Assembly (NCBI GenBank): GCA_010093605.1
Contig: MU004197.1
Location: 1,488,707 to 1,552,706, forward strand
Direction: 5' to 3'
DNA from: Lophium mytilinum
Lineage: Eukaryota
DNA length: 64,000 bases
Both the position numbers and the translations under genes were made by a program. Shown piece by piece: positions 61,058-64,000 of this stretch. Below the pieces are notes generated by a model. It did not search any database, had not been told where the DNA came from, and saw only the letters and a program-made list of their open reading frames with translations. Every line of letters begins with the position of its first letter. Within the stretch, counting starts at the first letter, position 1.

Positions 61058-61531
61058 ACGGAGAGAGGGAAGAACGGCGGAGAGATGCTTTTCTACAGTT
61101 CTTGGCGAGCTTAGGCTGTCTGTATCAGTAGAGGACATCTTATCGAAGCACAAAGGCGCTGTGCCGTAATTTAGATCGGCGGTGACGAAGTCTGCCTGCT
61201 CTCCTTCGGTGGTTGCATCCGTGATGATATAAACTATGCTTTTTCTCCACCTTCCATACTAGATCATCCGCCCTCTGACCACCCCACGAGCTCATCGTTT
61301 ATAGTGCGTACAGTATCCATCCCGCTCCTCACACGCATCTAGTTCTCCACCCCACGCATCGACTGCTCCAATCACCCTTCCTCGACCAAATCCCGAAACG
61401 GCGGGAATACCCGACGCTAGCGGACTCTCGTTGTTTGACGCAGCCTGACATCACTCACGATCAACCCTACATTTTACTATCAACCTCAAATCGGGGGGTA
61501 TGTTCCATCGACTGCGGACGCACATAATAAC

Positions 61532-62302
61532 ATGACAAGCCGCACACACAAGAGCCTTGACGACGCGGACGCGAAGGAGGCCGGGTGGGAGGCGGCGAGA
61601 GGCGCGGGGGTGGGTGCGATGAAGGTGCGTGCAGTTCTTTAGCATCTATGAGACCTGTTCGAGTCCGAATTCTCGAGGGTGTTTCGTATTATTTCATGTC
61701 TCTCTACCAGCTTCTTTTCTCCTACTGTAGCCTCCTTTTCCATCTCCATGAAAAACACAGAAATTCATAAAGCTCTCCGAGGAGATGTCACGCGACCCGC
61801 TTGGGCCCTTTCCTACAAATCTTCTTTGCACCACATCCCATAAGCAAAGCCCGAGAATACGTTTTCTAATGACGGGATGGATTAGTGGGGCGCTTTCGCT
61901 GGTCTCTGCGGCGTCACGGCGTATACGTTCTCGCCGGTGTATCGGGGGTTGACGGTGCAGTTTAAAGTGTACGTTCGGCTTCATATCAAAACCCCCCTCC
62001 CTCATTGATATCCGACTTTTCTTTACTCTATCCATTCATTTCTCTACCACCATCCTCCCTCCCTAGCATGACCGCCAGACGTTGACCAACTATCCAGCTA
62101 CATCCAAATGGCCTTCATGATCGTCGGCTCCGCCGTCGAAGGCGACAAGCGCATGCTCGCCTACGAACACCGGCTGCGGCACCAACGCCGGCAAGCACGG
62201 GATCTGGAGCTTTGGAGGCGGTATGAGGCAGGGTTCGAGGAAAGGGGGACGCCGGGGGTGGGTGGGGAGGGAGGCGTGCATCGAGTTGAGGAGGAAAAGT
62301 GA
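61532..62302 (+). CDS. Small putative membrane protein of unknown function
   Basis: Exons ...EAGWEAARGAGVGAMK|WGAFAGLCGVTAYTFSPVYRGLTVQFKV|YIQMAFMIVGSAVEGDKRMLAYEHRLR with GT-AG introns ~61625-61884 and ~61969-62097. It resembles a conserved fungal hypothetical family from memory; the true start may be upstream. Confidence 0.65.
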
Positions 62303-63290
62303 GGGCTGGGAGGGTGGGGGTGGGGGTGGGGCGGGGAAAGCAAGGAGGTCAATTCGAGTATAAGAACTTGGATTCGGAGATTTCTACAGCTCTCGTGATG
62401 AAATGAGGGTCTGGGGCGAGGATAGAAGGGTGGCTATGTGTGTTAAGAACGGCGTGTGTTTGTACTGCTTAAGTAACGCTTCATAATTCATACTTTGTTA
62501 AGACCTCTCAGATCTTCGCAGTCGAGTCTAACTGCTCGGAGCTCCTGAATTCCTTTCTTCGATCTATGTTACCTTTCAAAGTCTCACGAAATCGTCTTGT
62601 ACGGTCAAACTGAAACCTCACCTCACCTCCCACAATCCCTACATAGCCCTTTGACATCTGATGCCAATTCATTCCAAAACCCTAGATTTATATCCAGCCT
62701 CTGTCAATCTTAACATTGCCTCGTGAAACCTCGCTACCTGAAGACCGCACATACACCCTCTAAAATCCTACCTCGACATCGCCTGCTATCCCACACGCAC
62801 ACTCGCCCCTGGATCCCCCTAGCGCCGAAACCCCGCGTCAAGTCAAGTTATTAGACAAGAACCAGTCCCTCTGCCCTCCCACCCATCCCGGAACGCCTCC
62901 CCCCCCCCTATTGGTTCAGACATCGTTTGGGATCGAAATCGTTGCTTGCTATAAGTACATTCATCATCCTCTCTTAACACTTTCCATCCGTCTAAATCAC
63001 TATACAGCGCACAAGTATTCGTTTCAAAACACAACAGTAAACATATTTCCATCTATGATATCCCCACTTCCTCAGGCTTGCTCGTGAAATGTACAAAAGC
63101 CTTGTGTGTATACAAAAAAAGCAAAACCAAGGTATCTCATCTCACACGTACCACCCTTGCATGTAAATACCCAAGAAGCCCTAATCCGGTCCGTTTCCAT
63201 CCCATCATGGTATCCAAAACGCCGTAACCCGCAGATCTAAGAATCCCCCGGCTTTTTCATATTCCAAGCGGCTCCCTTTTCGTTTTTTAG

Positions 63291-64000
63291 TTAGGAGAAG
63301 CGCTTGTGATCCCACCCGCTATGCCCACTCGTCGCCTGCCCACCCGCACCCGGATCCCACCCACCATCCCGATTCCACCCCAGCCCATTCTCGCCAAAAC
63401 TCATCTCCAGCTCCTTCTCAAACGCGCTCGCCTCGCGCACCTGCGCAGGGGACGCTTCAACGACGGACTCCAGATGTTTCCCCGCCCGGTCGCCCATCCC
63501 GCCCCACTCCTCCCCCCTTCCGACCCTTTCATCTTCGTCACCACCAACCAACCACTCCCCCAACTCGAGCTCTTTCTCCGCCGTCGGCGTCCGCTCACTC
63601 CTCACCCTCTCCACTACCCGATTAAGATCCGTCGCTGTATCCGGCCTCTCAAACTCCTCCTCATCAACCTCCAACTCCGTGCTCAGTCCCATCTTAATAT
63701 TATAATTCCGCCCGAGATACTGCTGCAGCCGATACATCTGCCGTCCCCAGCTCTCGTCCACCAACCGTAACGCGGCGTTAATATCCTGGTCGCTGAGCAG
63801 CATACTCGGCGGGGCTTTCGCGCCGTGATGGGAATGCGGATGCGTTTTCGACCCTGACGTTAGTAGTTTCGATTTCGTGTATTTCGACAGCGAGGAGATG
63901 GTGGTGGAGGAGCGACGGGGTGGTTCGATGCCCCCGTCATCGCGCATCTGCTTGACTTGGTCTTCGGTTTGCTTGAGCGCCATTAGGCGGCTTTCTTCCA
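63291..64000 (-). CDS. 3' part of a hypothetical protein gene, truncated by the window end
   Basis: Open frame of more than 230 codons running to the window edge; no domain recognised. Confidence 0.6.
   Translation of the reverse strand, partial: EESRLMALKQTEDQVKQMRDDGGIEPPRRSSTTISSLSKYTKSKLLTSGSKTHPHSHHGAKAPPSMLLSDQDINAALRLVDESWGRQMYRLQQYLGRNYNIKMGLSTELEVDEEEFERPDTATDLNRVVERVRSERTPTAEKELELGEWLVGGDEDERVGRGEEWGGMGDRAGKHLESVVEASPAQVREASAFEKELEMSFGENGLGWNRDGGWDPGAGGQATSGHSGWDHKRFS

Overview
Filamentous ascomycete (Pezizomycotina) genomic DNA; a Dothideomycete is plausible but is inference. Positions 1 to ~13,000 are an AT-rich, RIP-mutated repeat block. It holds a full-length dead Ty3/Gypsy chromovirus (221-bp LTRs at 3591-3811 and 11650-11870, GTAAT target-site duplication) nested in older RIPped DNA, which includes a probable second gag on the minus strand. 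Next come three damaged genes (13.2-18 kb), two tandem split-BTB genes, a divergent SDR/GST pair and an ARMT1/DUF89 phosphatase. The main discovery is at 28.2-56.3 kb: eight co-oriented, highly diverged orphan genes (A-H), interrupted only by a GFA gene. At least six (A, B, E-H), and probably C, share a ~24-residue N-terminal helix motif ending at a conserved phase-1 intron. A-D share a core promoter. The C-termini differ: coiled coils, YxPPHLR-like motifs, a gag-type CCHC knuckle and a TFIP11/Ntr1-like G-patch. The window ends with divergent UBC1/RPT2, a small membrane-protein gene and a truncated gene. All gene models and alignments were made by eye; no searches were run.
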